Source: Octopus bimaculoides
Taxonomy: Eukaryota
NCBI RefSeq assembly: GCF_001194135.2
Contig: NC_068981.1
Coordinates: forward strand, 75,426,208 to 75,463,269
Length of the DNA stretch: 37,062 bases
Reading direction: 5' to 3'
Part shown: one piece after another, positions 1-12,102 of the stretch
Layout: each line of letters starts with the position of its first letter
Position numbering within the stretch: position 1 is the stretch's first letter
Notes under the pieces: model-generated
Databases searched by the model: none
The model's input: the letters and a program-made list of their open reading frames with translations, nothing else
What the model was told of the DNA's origin: nothing
Position numbers and translations under genes: made by a program

Positions 1-125
1 AAAATGGAATAAATGTGGTGATAATTTTAGCATGCATAGCAAAACAAAAGTGCGCGTGTTACTCTTAGCCTCCAGAGGATGCCCGGTACCAAGGCACCTG
101 AAGTAAAGTTATAATGAAAAGAAAC

Positions 126-129
126 CATA

Positions 130-185
<56 letters not shown>

Positions 186-218
186 TAATAATAATAATGA
201 TGATGATGATGATGATGG
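126..218. repeat. (AAT)n/(GAT)n microsatellite
   Basis: Direct reading of aataataat...gatgatgat. Explains the poly-Y/H ORF 65..265. Confidence 0.95.
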
Positions 219-665
219 AAAAGAAGGGAAATTAAGGACAAATTACAAAATGGTAGGGTCTCCACACTTTTGTCTATATCTAGGTAAATTTACTGAAGGA
301 CAGCATACCTCTCATTAGCAAAATCTTTCTCTTCAAACAGTACTTGGAGAAAATGATGATAGCTTGGCTAAAAAGGGAAGTACTTTTAATCTTATGAAAC
401 AAACCTTATCTTTTGCCACAGACAAGAGAAAGTTTGACGTTAAAAACTGACATATTTCTTCGTAGCCCAATCTCTCTTTCCTTTACGATTTTATTTATTT
501 CTGATATCTTGTTTTACCTCAAAAGAATAGCACACTCGAAATTTTGTTAAACATATATTATTGTAAGATGCACCTGACTTCTATGCCGAATTTATTGTGT
601 ACTTGAAAACGACAACAGAGAATTACGACGATCAGACAAACATTCGTGATTATTATATACATACA

Positions 666-831
666 GGCGCAAGCGTGACTGTGGTAAGAAGTTTGCCTCC
701 CAACAATATGGTTCGGTGTTTAGTCTCACTGCGTAACACTTTGGGTATCTATATACTACTATAGCCCTGGGGTGATCAAAGAGTTGTGAGAGGATTTAGC
801 AGGTAGAAACTCTGAAAGAATCTCTTGCGTG

Positions 832-875
<44 letters not shown>
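666..875 (+). mobile_element. tRNA-derived SINE family B (CORE-like), 5' half plus (TG)n; tail absent
   Basis: Head ggcgcaagcgtgactgtggtaagaag...ggttcggtgtttagtctcactgcg, then ctttgggtat...ctactatagccc...tgtgagaggatttagcaggtagaaactctgaaagaa. Homologous to the reverse complements of 8265-8420 and 15735-15895. Confidence 0.8.
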
Positions 876-877
<2 letters not shown>

Positions 878-1980
878 TATATACATATATGAGATCACCA
901 TGTCGCGCACATATGGTTGTGATGCATGTGACTGGTGTACCTTTATCAGACGGGTAGTCATGATTGGTATGTTGGGCTTCATACATTTTACTCCGCTGAC
1001 TGTTAACAATTTTCTTTAACGTATGAATGAATGAAGTTTAGCTTTAGCCTTCCCATTCTTATAAACACCAAGTAGCTATTTAACTAGCTATGTGAACGTG
1101 TGTGCATCAAACCACATGTGTGCGTATGCTTACTTCTTCGTGGATGCTTGTATGAGCGAGTGTACATACACCATGCAACTTGCGCGGGGGCGTTTAGAGT
1201 TAAGAGTTATTTTCATTACTTATCTCGCTGTATTGCCTGTTCGTTTCTTTTTTTGGGTGTTTTTTTTTTAAATGTTTGATTGTCTATATAAATGAAGATA
1301 TAACCATTGTTTTGCGGCTTTTCTTTACAAGCAATGACAAAATACATTGCGGAACTGTTATTTTAATGAGTCACATCTATCTATCACTCGAAGAGACACC
1401 GTCGCGTGCTCCTGAACCAGTTGTTAAGTAACCCATCCGTGAGGTATCGATGATAGGTGTGACGAAAGAATTGTCGTGATTAATAAAATTTCTCGTATCT
1501 TCTATCTTCCGCCTTGAAAACGGCTGTTGGTTTGTTTACGCTGCCGTAACCTAGTGGTTTGGCAATATAGATCCATAAAATAAATACCAGGTTTTAAAAT
1601 AAAAGCATTGGGATCGATTCTTTCGCCACAAATCTTCCGAGGTTCTGCTCTTACATAATCACCGGCCAATGACTGCAACAACTAAAGGATAAAATAAATT
1701 ACAAATATGTTTACGAGAATATATTATTTCTAGCATCAACGGCAAGACATTAACGTGTTCAATACCTTCCTAAGCTGACAGCATTATTATACTTAGCTAT
1801 TCGTATTATTTCATTACATTCTTTCTCTAATATATATCCACTTCATATTTAGCAAGTTCCATCATTTTCAAGAAAAAATAATGTTATATTTGCAAGATAT
1901 TTATTGCTATCGTTTCCTATGTGTGAGACTTCGTGTATTAGTCTGCAGGCTTTTGAGTGCATAGGTACGCATATATATAT

Positions 1981-2565
1981 NNNNNNNNNNNNNNNNNNNN
2001 NNNNNNNNNNNNNNNNNNNNNNNNNNNNNNNNNNNNNNNNNNNNNNNNNNNNNNNNNNNNNNNNNNNNNNNNNNNNNNNNNNNNNNNNNNNNNNNNNNNN
2101 NNNNNNNNNNNNNNNNNNNNNNNNNNNNNNNNNNNNNNNNNNNNNNNNNNNNNNNNNNNNNNNNNNNNNNNNNNNNNNNNNNNNNNNNNNNNNNNNNNNN
2201 NNNNNNNNNNNNNNNNNNNNNNNNNNNNNNNNNNNNNNNNNNNNNNNNNNNNNNNNNNNNNNNNNNNNNNNNNNNNNNNNNNNNNNNNNNNNNNNNNNNN
2301 NNNNNNNNNNNNNNNNNNNNNNNNNNNNNNNNNNNNNNNNNNNNNNNNNNNNNNNNNNNNNNNNNNNNNNNNNNNNNNNNNNNNNNNNNNNNNNNNNNNN
2401 NNNNNNNNNNNNNNNNNNNNNNNNNNNNNNNNNNNNNNNNNNNNNNNNNNNNNNNNNNNNNNNNNNNNNNNNNNNNNNNNNNNNNNNNNNNNNNNNNNNN
2501 NNNNNNNNNNNNNNNNNNNNNNNNNNNNNNNNNNNNNNNNNNNNNNNNNNNNNNNNNNNNNNNNN
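1981..2565. other. Assembly gap flanked by (TA)n
   Basis: N run. Confidence 1.
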
Positions 2566-3639
2566 TATATATGTATAATATATATATATACGTATATGAG
2601 AAGTAGTCTTAAAATGCACTAAAATATTTATTTTTTTTACCTCAGATTTATTAAATTTTCACAATATAATGCCATGGAACATTTTTGCATAATTTCAATA
2701 TCGAACAAAAATAGTCATGCGTCTTTCCAACCGCTTTCAACTATAATTGAATAGCTTGAGGTTTATGAAATGTTTTAACTAATTTAAAAATACAATACTA
2801 TTAAATATTTTTGCATGATTTCAAGAACCAATGTATAACGAAATAAAAGAAGAATAGACAGTTCATTCCTATGATGGTAACCGAGGTAATATTAAGTAAG
2901 CAGTGACGCAATAATATATTTTTCAATGTTCGTAATCCAGAGAACGCAACAAAGCTGTGACAATTAAAACATAATGCATTTATTTCTTTGCATTTCATCG
3001 TTTTCATACACGTTCATGGTCCGTAGCTGAATAGTTACACTGGTAAAGAGATAATACGGGTAAGATTTGCAAGAGGGTTCTTTGCCTACCTAACTTGTTG
3101 CTCAGATAGTGCTACGCGGCCAGTTTCACTTAATGAAATGTTCTTATCAACTTGTTCATTTCAAAACATGAATTAAATTTGCGAAAAAAAAAAAAAATTA
3201 TGATTTCAATGGTGAAATTAGTTCCTTCTTTGAATGGAATTCGTATCCTAATACATAATTGGAGTTGTCACATTTTCTAACTTTTACTTCTTTAGTTTAT
3301 GTGTGGAGTTCTATGTTCGGTAATATCTATTTTAAAAATGTCGCTCGATTTTATTCTCAGCGAGTGAATGCCTTCCAATTTTTTTCTCGTGGATTCGTTT
3401 TGAAGTAATATAAATAATTACTGAAGATTGCTTTCAGAGAATGTAAACGTCTGTGGGTTAAAAGTTGGGAAATATGTTAAAACATTTTATATAGATTTCT
3501 TTCAAATTTCCTGAACGTAAATTTGTTCATCTTTCAATGCAATTATTAAATAAACTTTCAAATGTGTTTTCTTATAATATCTAACCCTTTCTATTCGTCC
3601 TTTACTTAATTTCATGCTGAGGAATTCACTGTTCTCATC

Positions 3640-3920
3640 CAAATTTTCTAAATCACATGGAATTTTAACTTGAACGTGTTTCGCATGCGATGATCTAAAA
3701 TGGAGGTATTGTCTTGAGTCAATAGGTTTATAATACATATCAGTTAGTATTTTCCAATTTATCTCTAGCATATCTAAGAAAGATTTTATACGCCTCCAGA
3801 GTAAATTGGATGTTAGTATTTACACTGTCTTTGTGGTTTTTAAAATTCTGTTATTAAGAATTTTCAAGTAATATAAATAACTCGTCCAGGAATATTTTCT
3901 ATATTTCTTTCCTGTAAATA
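3640..3920 (-). mobile_element. Penelope-like element RT fragment (degenerate)
   Basis: Minus-strand translation gives IFLDELFI (YxDD-like), NTNIQFTLE, FLDML and TDMYYKPIDSRQYLHFRSSHAKHVQVKIP, the PLE RT thumb motif (T-D-x-Y-x-K-P-T-D...YL...S-x-H-P). Confidence 0.75.
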
Positions 3921-4000
3921 CTGAAAACATTTACAAATTACGAGGAATGGTAATATTATTCCCTTTTTATTCATGATATGTCAACATTACGCTGGCGTAA

Positions 4001-4130
4001 GGCGGAGAGCTGGCAGATCCTTTCGGGGTCGATAAAGTTAGTACCAGTTACGCACTGAGGTTGATGTAATTGACTTAATCCCTTTGTCTTTTCTTGTTTA
4101 TGCCCTCTATGTTTAGCCCTCTGTGGGCAT
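4001..4130 (+). mobile_element. tRNA-derived SINE family A, internally deleted
   Basis: ggcggagagctggcaga joins directly to tcctttcggggtcgataaagttagtaccagttacgcactg..., about 90 bp shorter than the copy at 27946-28177. Confidence 0.85.
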
Positions 4131-4181
4131 GGGTTCTCATTCCTGAGGTCTTTTTTGGTGTTGTTGTTGTTGTTGTTGTTG

Positions 4182-4228
<47 letters not shown>

Positions 4229-4229
4229 T
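4131..4229 (-). mobile_element. Fragment of SINE family C: (AAT)n(AAC)n plus start of tail
   Basis: Reverse complement (aat)n(aac)n-accaaaaaagacctcaggaatgagaaccca resembles aacatcatcgaaaaatacctttgcaatgagaactca at 7546-7582. Confidence 0.6.
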
Positions 4230-6830
4230 TACGTTTGACTTTTGCTTTGCATTTGTACAAGTTGGCTCCAAGTCTCACCCTGAGACCTCAAGAGACAACA
4301 AGTTAGAAGTTCATGTTGGTGTTATGCCTAGGGTGCCATATATTCGGTTTTGTACATAGTATTGTTCTAGAGAATGTTTAAGAAAACAAGAAAATTATGT
4401 TTGTTTTAAAATTTGAGATTACATAGTCAGTATTTTACGTAGGATATGGGCAATTTCGGCCATTTTGGGGTTTCCTGGTATCTGAGCTAGGTAGCAATCT
4501 CACCCTTTTGCTATCACTCCTAGGGCACCTATGACTACCGGTATTGTTTTAGTTTTCGGGTTCCTCATTTTTCTAATTTCTATTTCAAGAGTTTTATATT
4601 TGCTCAGTTTTTGGTAGGTCTTAACAGATACGTTTATATCGATTGGGACAGTCATATCAATGAGGAGGCATGATTTTTGTCTGACGTTTTCAATATAATG
4701 TCTGGCCTATTTGCATCTATCTTTCTGTCAGTTTGAATGGTGAAGTTCTAGAGGAGTGAGATATGATCATATTCAAGCACAGGAGGTGGTTTGTGTTCCC
4801 ACCAGTTTTTTTTATCGTGTGGCGATTCCAGCTTTATGCAAATTAAGCAGTAAATAAATTGTGCAGCTCTATCATGCCTGTTGGGATGCTCTGTGGGCGC
4901 AAGACCACTGCACATGGAGACACCATGATCAATGGTTTCATTTTGTTGTTGACATACGCGACATGTTGGAAAGCTACCGTTCTTTAATATGTTGGCCTGG
5001 TAGTATCTTCTAGGTAAGCATTGATCTTGGGCTACTATATATCGCTAACATCTGTCCTGACTGAATATACCTATATTTTTTTAATAGAAAGTGGCATATT
5101 CCCTAATGAGCAAAACAGATGTAAACGTACCTTGTTGTTAAGCAGGTTATCGGTCGATAATTTTTTGGTTCATTTGTTTCTTAATTTTTTTTAAAGTAGG
5201 AGTGTTAAACCATTAACTAGCCAAGAGGGAATCATACTAGGATGTTGCAAAACATTGTTGTAAAGTTTTGTTAGCAGTTCATGGCTTTCTGGTAAGGCAT
5301 TTAATCAGAAGTTGGAAATTTTATCCTTTCCTGGAAACTTCCATTTGCTTGACCTCCTGAGAGCAGATCTTATATGTTCTAACGTTACACCCTCCCACTT
5401 TTGCTCTTCTAAGGAATCTAAGTCTGTAGATATTCTATTAATCTGAGGGGCCTTTCCATTGTGTGTTTTTTTCTTCTGCCCAAACTTTAATTCAAAATTC
5501 CTGCACTTCTTTTGATGGGAAAGACTTTACTGTAACTGGTATTTTCCCCATTTTTCTGTAAACATTTTTGGGATTATTCTTGAGCATGCTGTTGTCTTTA
5601 AAGAATCTAACGCTTTTCATACCTATGGTTCTTGTAGGTTTAATAGGCTTGTGAAACTTAAGGTGTTTTAAACATTCTATGTCAGACTTAAGTAGCTTGA
5701 TTTGGTGTTGAGTATGCCCTTGCCAAAAAGGCTTTTTGAGGGAATGTTGTCGTTTTCTAATCTTTTCACCACATTGAATCGTTGAGATGTTCGCAGATGT
5801 ATAATACAGATGGTCGAGATCTGTAATATTAACACCATTAGCTGAAATTATATCCTTAAGTGCAAGGCGGATTTTATCAATTATTTTCAGTTTTTGGTTA
5901 GAATTGCGAATTTTTGGGAGAGTATCGCTTTCATTCATACTAGTTTCTTTAATTTTCAGCCATTGAATCGTGGTTTGAATTTTTAGATCATGTAGTTCTG
6001 TTGGGTCAATTTCTGTCGGACTTTCTTCCTCTATTTGATTTTCACCTGCCTTAGTGTTTATGGTTGTTTCAGAGAGTATTACACTTTGCCTATCAGTTAC
6101 ATTAACTCTTTCAAAAATTACTGCATTTTCATCATCCCTGGTTTGGTCTATAATTATTTCCTCTGCAATATCTTCTTTAGCTGCAGCTTCTTTTCTTTTA
6201 TCCCTTACTGTTTGTTTAATTTGGTCAATCTCTACTTCAGTTAGTAATTTCTTTTTCATAATGTTTCTTCTGATGTTAGCAAGTTTGTTATTGTCTATAT
6301 AGAGTCTTACTTCAAGGTGTTTCTGTCTCCAGATTAAGTTGGTTTGTACAGTATTAGATTTATTTGTGGGGAAATATATGGCATGCTAGAAGGCCATAAG
6401 AACTTCATTATCTTCTCTATACCAATTTTCGTTCTTTTTCTTTTTGTTATTTGACGACGAGCATGGGTGGCCATCTATTGGAATATTCCGGTTGTCGGAT
6501 AATTCCAGCTCTTGTGTTTCGGGAAGATTTGAACCAGCAGCTGATTTTTTCGAATTGAATTTGGTTCATCATTCGAGTACTTGGCCCTTTGTAATACGGT
6601 TGATGACCATTCCGGTGTGTATTTTGCTTTGTCATCAGTAAGGCATGACGAGCTTCGACGTTGACATTAGGGGACGGATGTGTCTGTTTAAGGTTAATTT
6701 TTTGAGACAACGCCGCCTCCGAGTTGTCTGCATGTAAACATTGCTCGTAACATAGTTTCTTAAGGCTAACAGATCTGTATTCGCCTGTATATATTTTTTT
6801 GTTGTTGATAGATTTATCTCCAAGCACAGA
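4230..6830 (-). mobile_element. R4/Dong-clade non-LTR retrotransposon (REL endonuclease), degenerate, RT core deleted
   Basis: N-terminal WYREDNEVLM...WRQKH...LANIRRNIMKKKLLTEVEIDQIK (~6430-6220); KKPFWQ; NNPKNVYR; pre-RT KWKFPGKDKISNF; PKNYRPITCL (~5170-5140); AQDQCLPRRYY; CCHC CRVCQQQNETIDHGVSMC (4963-4910) then RHD; REL motifs FTIQTDRKIDANRPDII, CLLIDMTVP, IPVVIGALG; C-terminal AHILRKILTM* (stop 4419-4421); 3' UTR ending in (TAA)n. The 5' boundary is uncertain. Confidence 0.9.
5492..6259 (-). pseudogene. Longest surviving open segment of the R4/Dong ORF (N-terminal region)
   Basis: 255-aa ORF inside the element, flanked by stops and frameshifts, so not an independent gene. Confidence 0.8.
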
Positions 6831-7384
6831 TTTTTATGGTGTTTTTAAACTTATGAATTGTTCACTCTGTCTGTATTAGTTCGAAAAATTAAAAAATAGT
6901 TTGTTTTTGCTTTTGCTTTGTTTGTGACACCTGTTTTCATATGCGTGAATGTATGTCCTATAAATTTCACGTAATTGTGTAAACATTGAGGTGTACGTTG
7001 AGTCCTATGGACATCAAAATGTAGATATGATTGTGTAGACATTCGAATATATGCGTAATTACTCAATTTATGTATTTACTGTTTTCTTTCATTTCTATTC
7101 TATAATTTATAAACTTTCCGGCGTTGATTTCCCGTGTGTGTTTCGCACATGCTTCACTGAGACATCGTGCATAGCAGAAACTGTGCTTTGTATGGCGGTA
7201 ATATTTCGTTCCATTTTATTATTTTCGTTAAAAGACCGCTTCCTTCAAGTCTTCCACAGGTTCTTTTATTCAATTCCACCGATGTTATTAGATGAGATTT
7301 GTTTATGAATGGGGAGCCCGGTGTAGCACATCCATGTTGTTATCCAGCGAGGGGCTATTATTATTCACAAGTTTAAAAACACCA

Positions 7385-7443
7385 CTCTGGTTAAGAATGC
7401 GGGCTACTAACCCCAAGATTCCGAGTTCGATTCCAGGCACTGA

Positions 7444-7524
<81 letters not shown>

Positions 7525-7700
7525 TGATGATGATGATGATGATAATAACATCATCGAAAAATACCTTTGCAATGAGAACTCATGTTCGAAATTTCCCCAA
7601 GGCTGGAGGCTATATCAGCCGAAACGTTGTGTTAACAACAAAGAAGATGAGGAAAGATATCCGTTAAATATAAATAATGTAATTAATGTACTTAATTCCT
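7385..7700 (+). mobile_element. tRNA-derived SINE family C with internal (AAT)n(GAT)n and hammerhead-like tail remnant
   Basis: tggttaagaatgcgggctactaacccc (D/anticodon arm), B box GTTCGATTCC 7425-7434, (AAT)n(GAT)n 7448-7545, tail with ggctg...cagcc-GAAACGTT-gtgtt 7601-7633. Confidence 0.7.
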
Positions 7701-7944
7701 CATCTCTTAAATATAGAACTGTAGTTATAAATATATGTGGCACTTAGTCTGATTTCTCCAACTATGATGCTTAACTAATTAAAGTATAACGAAGTGTCAC
7801 GTATCAGTTTGATGGCTTACACATGTGTATGCACGATGTCTGTAACTATGTCTCTGTATATATATACAGAATTATCCTTGTACACTTTTAGATTTGTACG
7901 TATCATGTTAGTATATTGTATAATTAATATTCTTTTATTCTTTT

Positions 7945-8420
<476 letters not shown>

Positions 8421-10344
8421 TCCTTAGTACATATCTGTTATACATGTATACATTTATTTTTATATGCTTGCACATGCACATACACACATCACGCAACACA
8501 CATACACACAGACGCGCGCACACACACGCATACAATTATAAGAAAAATGAAAAGCACAAGATTAATATATAGGGTATACTTCAATAGTGCTCTTTAGCCG
8601 CTTCTTTACGATAAACATGTATGTATTAAATGTATAGGTATACAGTTACGTAATTGTGATACATAATTAACCAATCTGAATTAAGCTTATTAAAATTTAT
8701 TTAAAAGCCGTTTGTATCCATACCACTAGAAACTTGGTACTATGTTAATCAGGTAAGCGTTGGTAATTTGGGTAACACAGATTTTTAATTAATTCAATTC
8801 AAATTTATTCTGTAACAGAATTATATAATTATACATTTAATAATGTTTATCGTAATGAAATAGCTGTTGATCACAAATAATTTTTGAACTCTACGTGTTC
8901 ATACGTGCAGATCGGTCCCACCTGGATTTATTGCCATGTAAAAACGTGTTGGCGCCTAATGACAGGTTATTAACTGAGCTCTTAATTAATGTGGATTATT
9001 CTTTGATGTTTATACATCAAATATGAAGTACATATGGCTGTATAATATATGTGAGTGTGTGCCTGTGTGTAAAATTTTGTGGACATTGATTCTCATCTTA
9101 TCCACTAACGTTGCATATGCAGGCCGTGGTTCCGGATACAGCTTCACGCTAATTTTTAGTTATATCTTGAATATATTCATGCTGGCCAACGAGTTTTTGT
9201 AAAATGATATTTCAAGAAAAAAAACAGAATATTTTTAATATTCTATATAAATTAAATTTGAGGTAATTATGAAAATCTTTTGAAAACTTAACAGAAACTT
9301 ATAATAACTTTTGAGATTCACGGCGATAAAATAGATGGCATCACAGTTGTAAATATTCATTTTTATCTATTTTACCATATCTGGAAATAAAGTTCTAAAA
9401 GAATAAAAAATTGTTTTTAAAGCTGAATGAACTATATAATGATTCTGTTTATGGCATATGTAAATGCTTTCCTTTTTATCGTAATTAATATCTTGGTGAT
9501 TCCACAATGACGCAATTGATAAACTATTAATTAAGCGAGAAATGAAAACAAATTCTGTTGACAGAAAATCGAAAGTAGTTATACGGACATTATATTGTAT
9601 CACGTTCTGTTTCCTCACATTATGCGATGGAACACACTGTGTTCACATTTGTAATTCTCTTTTCTCCGATACTAAAACACATATTAAGAATGATTACACC
9701 AAGTGAGGCTCTCAGTTCTAGCATTAACGATGGGCTCTAATAATCACGGAACGCTTTCTTTCTTCCATCTACTTGGCAAAATTGATAGTGTATTATGTTC
9801 TGCGAATTCAAATAACCTCTTTTGATTCTATATTCGAGATTGAAACCTTGGCGACCTCGTTTTGGCTTTGGTAATTTCGGCATTCATCACTAAACTACCA
9901 GTAATATATTGAGCGAGACTTAATCAATAGAGTTTCTTTTATCATAACTGATGATTTATTCGCTGACGCTTTTCATTTTAAATATCTTCATATAGCGGAA
10001 AGAGTAAAACCTCAAAATTACCACTTTTTCGCTTCATGAGATACAACTACATTGAGATGAACGCTTGAAATGAAGTAATAGATGTGATCACCAATAATGT
10101 AGCTCAAGTGAATGTGAAAATCCAGTTTTCAGTAAAATGATAGCCACTAAAGAAAACATCTATAGTCCATGCTATGGAAGATAGATATATATGTGTAGGA
10201 AGGTAAATATGGCCTCGGAGCGTATTGCATGTATTTACTGCAAAGTAATAAAGTAATGAACTTCGTATTTTTAAATACTACGGTGGCAATCTAATGCATC
10301 TATCAAATGCAGATCAATCATACACTATTAAGTAAATATATATA

Positions 10345-10650
10345 TCTTACTATAATGGACGTTCTGTCTGTCCATCCGTCTGTCTGACTGTTCCCTCTTC
10401 ACGGTCAAACAGCTGGACGGACCAATGGTTACGAAGATTTGGGGGTTTACGAAGGAGGTAGTCAGGAAGGTTTTTAGCGACAAAAATGTAAAAAAAGTAT
10501 AATTATTTAGTGGATATTCAGTTTTGCATTAATAAATCACCTTTGAAATTTTTTTTTTGTTATAATTCCGGCGACGTGGATTAACTCTGGATACCCCCAT
10601 CCCGTATAGTTCGTGAACTTAGAGGGTATAGATTTGCAATACTATCCTTT
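10345..10650 (+). mobile_element. Non-autonomous Helitron-like element (Lep1/HINE type), copy 1
   Basis: 5' tcttactataat, (ctgt)n-like tract, ttccctcttcacggtcaaacagctggac, gtcaggaaggtttt, atagttcgtg. Colinear with copy 2. Confidence 0.55.
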
Positions 10651-10682
10651 ATTTCCCATCGTAGATAGGTAGATTCATTATG

Positions 10683-10973
10683 TTACTATAATGGGCGTTA
10701 TTTCCCTCTGTCTGTCCGTCTGTTTGTCTGTTCCCTCTTCATGGCCAGACGGCTGGACCGATATTTTTCGGGATTACAAAGACGGTCGTCAGGAAGGTTT
10801 TTGGCATTAAAAAATCAGACAGTATGATTATATCGTGGGTATCGATTTTTGAATTGATAAACCACCTTCGCATATTTATTAAAAGTTCACCGACCATGAG
10901 TAACTCTGGATTTTCATCGCATAGTTCGTGGCCCCAACATAGATTCGAAGGGGGTCGCAAGGACAGTTAATAG
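10683..10973 (+). mobile_element. Non-autonomous Helitron-like element (Lep1/HINE type), copy 2
   Basis: ttactataat...ctgtctgtccgtctgtttgtctgttccctcttcatggccagacggctggaccgat...atagttcgtgg...cgaagggggtcgcaaggacagttaatag. The 3' end resembles the gcgaagtcgcgggcaacagctag-type terminus recalled for Lep1 Helitrons. Confidence 0.6.
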
Positions 10974-11442
10974 CGAAAGCAAAATAGAAAAAGAGTGTAT
11001 GTCAGTATATAGTGTGTGTGATTATTTAGTGGTTATTAAGGTGTGTCAGTCTCAAGCAGGATTCGAAACGGCTAATCGAAGCGGCTGTTGTTTACATATG
11101 TTTTCTCAATCAACATAACACATGGTGTCAGAACATCCAAACATTATTCACATAGCACAGTGAGAGGTAAGTCTTAGTTTGATTTTTTGAAACCCTAATG
11201 AATCCGCTCACGCATTCACTGCAAACACGCACAGGGCCAGACATTAGATCGTGTAGGTGTATTTTTACCCACTCCGATGTTTACACACGGCCAGTTATGA
11301 GTAGAGCAACGGACTCCAGTAATTTGAAAATTAGTGTCGACGAAACAGAAAATAACGTCTACAAAGAAGTTTTGTAATAATATTGATATTATCGAAAGGA
11401 ATATTATTCATAATTTAAATAATACATGATTCATAATTTAAA

Positions 11443-11613
11443 TATACATATATCTTTTGTATGTAAATATGTGCCTGTTAATCACATATACCTGTAGCAT
11501 ACTTGTCAACACAAATGTTTACACAATCGCGTCAATACACAAAAATGCTCCCATATAAAGTCTGTCGCAAGGAAATATGCACAGTCTTGTTCGCATGTAC
11601 GTATGTATGATCC
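11443..11613 (+). repeat. ~170-bp direct repeat, copy 1 (copy 2 at 12103-12270)
   Basis: tatgtaaatat(g/t)tgcctgttaatcacatatacctgta...gtatgtatgatcct occurs twice, roughly 90% identical by eye. Confidence 0.9.
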
Positions 11614-11650
11614 TGCACATGTATGATCTTACACACGCACACACACACAC

Positions 11651-11684
<34 letters not shown>

Positions 11685-11970
11685 NNNNNNNNNNNNNNNN
11701 NNNNNNNNNNNNNNNNNNNNNNNNNNNNNNNNNNNNNNNNNNNNNNNNNNNNNNNNNNNNNNNNNNNNNNNNNNNNNNNNNNNNNNNNNNNNNNNNNNNN
11801 NNNNNNNNNNNNNNNNNNNNNNNNNNNNNNNNNNNNNNNNNNNNNNNNNNNNNNNNNNNNNNNNNNNNNNNNNNNNNNNNNNNNNNNNNNNNNNNNNNNN
11901 NNNNNNNNNNNNNNNNNNNNNNNNNNNNNNNNNNNNNNNNNNNNNNNNNNNNNNNNNNNNNNNNNNNNNN
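11685..11970. other. Assembly gap flanked by (TA)n
   Basis: N run. Confidence 1.
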
Positions 11971-12102
11971 ATATATATATATATATATATATATACCTGA
12001 ACATCTGTAGTGTGCATGACTGTGTGTCAGTTCAGTTTTTTGTTTGTTTTTTGTGTACCTATCTGTCAATATAAATGTACATGTATATGTGTAAATTTGC
12101 AT

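Noticed and set aside
7385-7440. tRNA gene
   Set aside because: 5'-truncated, no acceptor stem, followed by a microsatellite and SINE tail. It is a SINE head, as are the other tRNA-like segments.
7448-7545. (AAT)n as the 5' target-site half of the R4/Dong insertion
   Set aside because: It is in the opposite orientation to the (TAA)n at the 3' junction and belongs to a separate plus-strand SINE-C copy.
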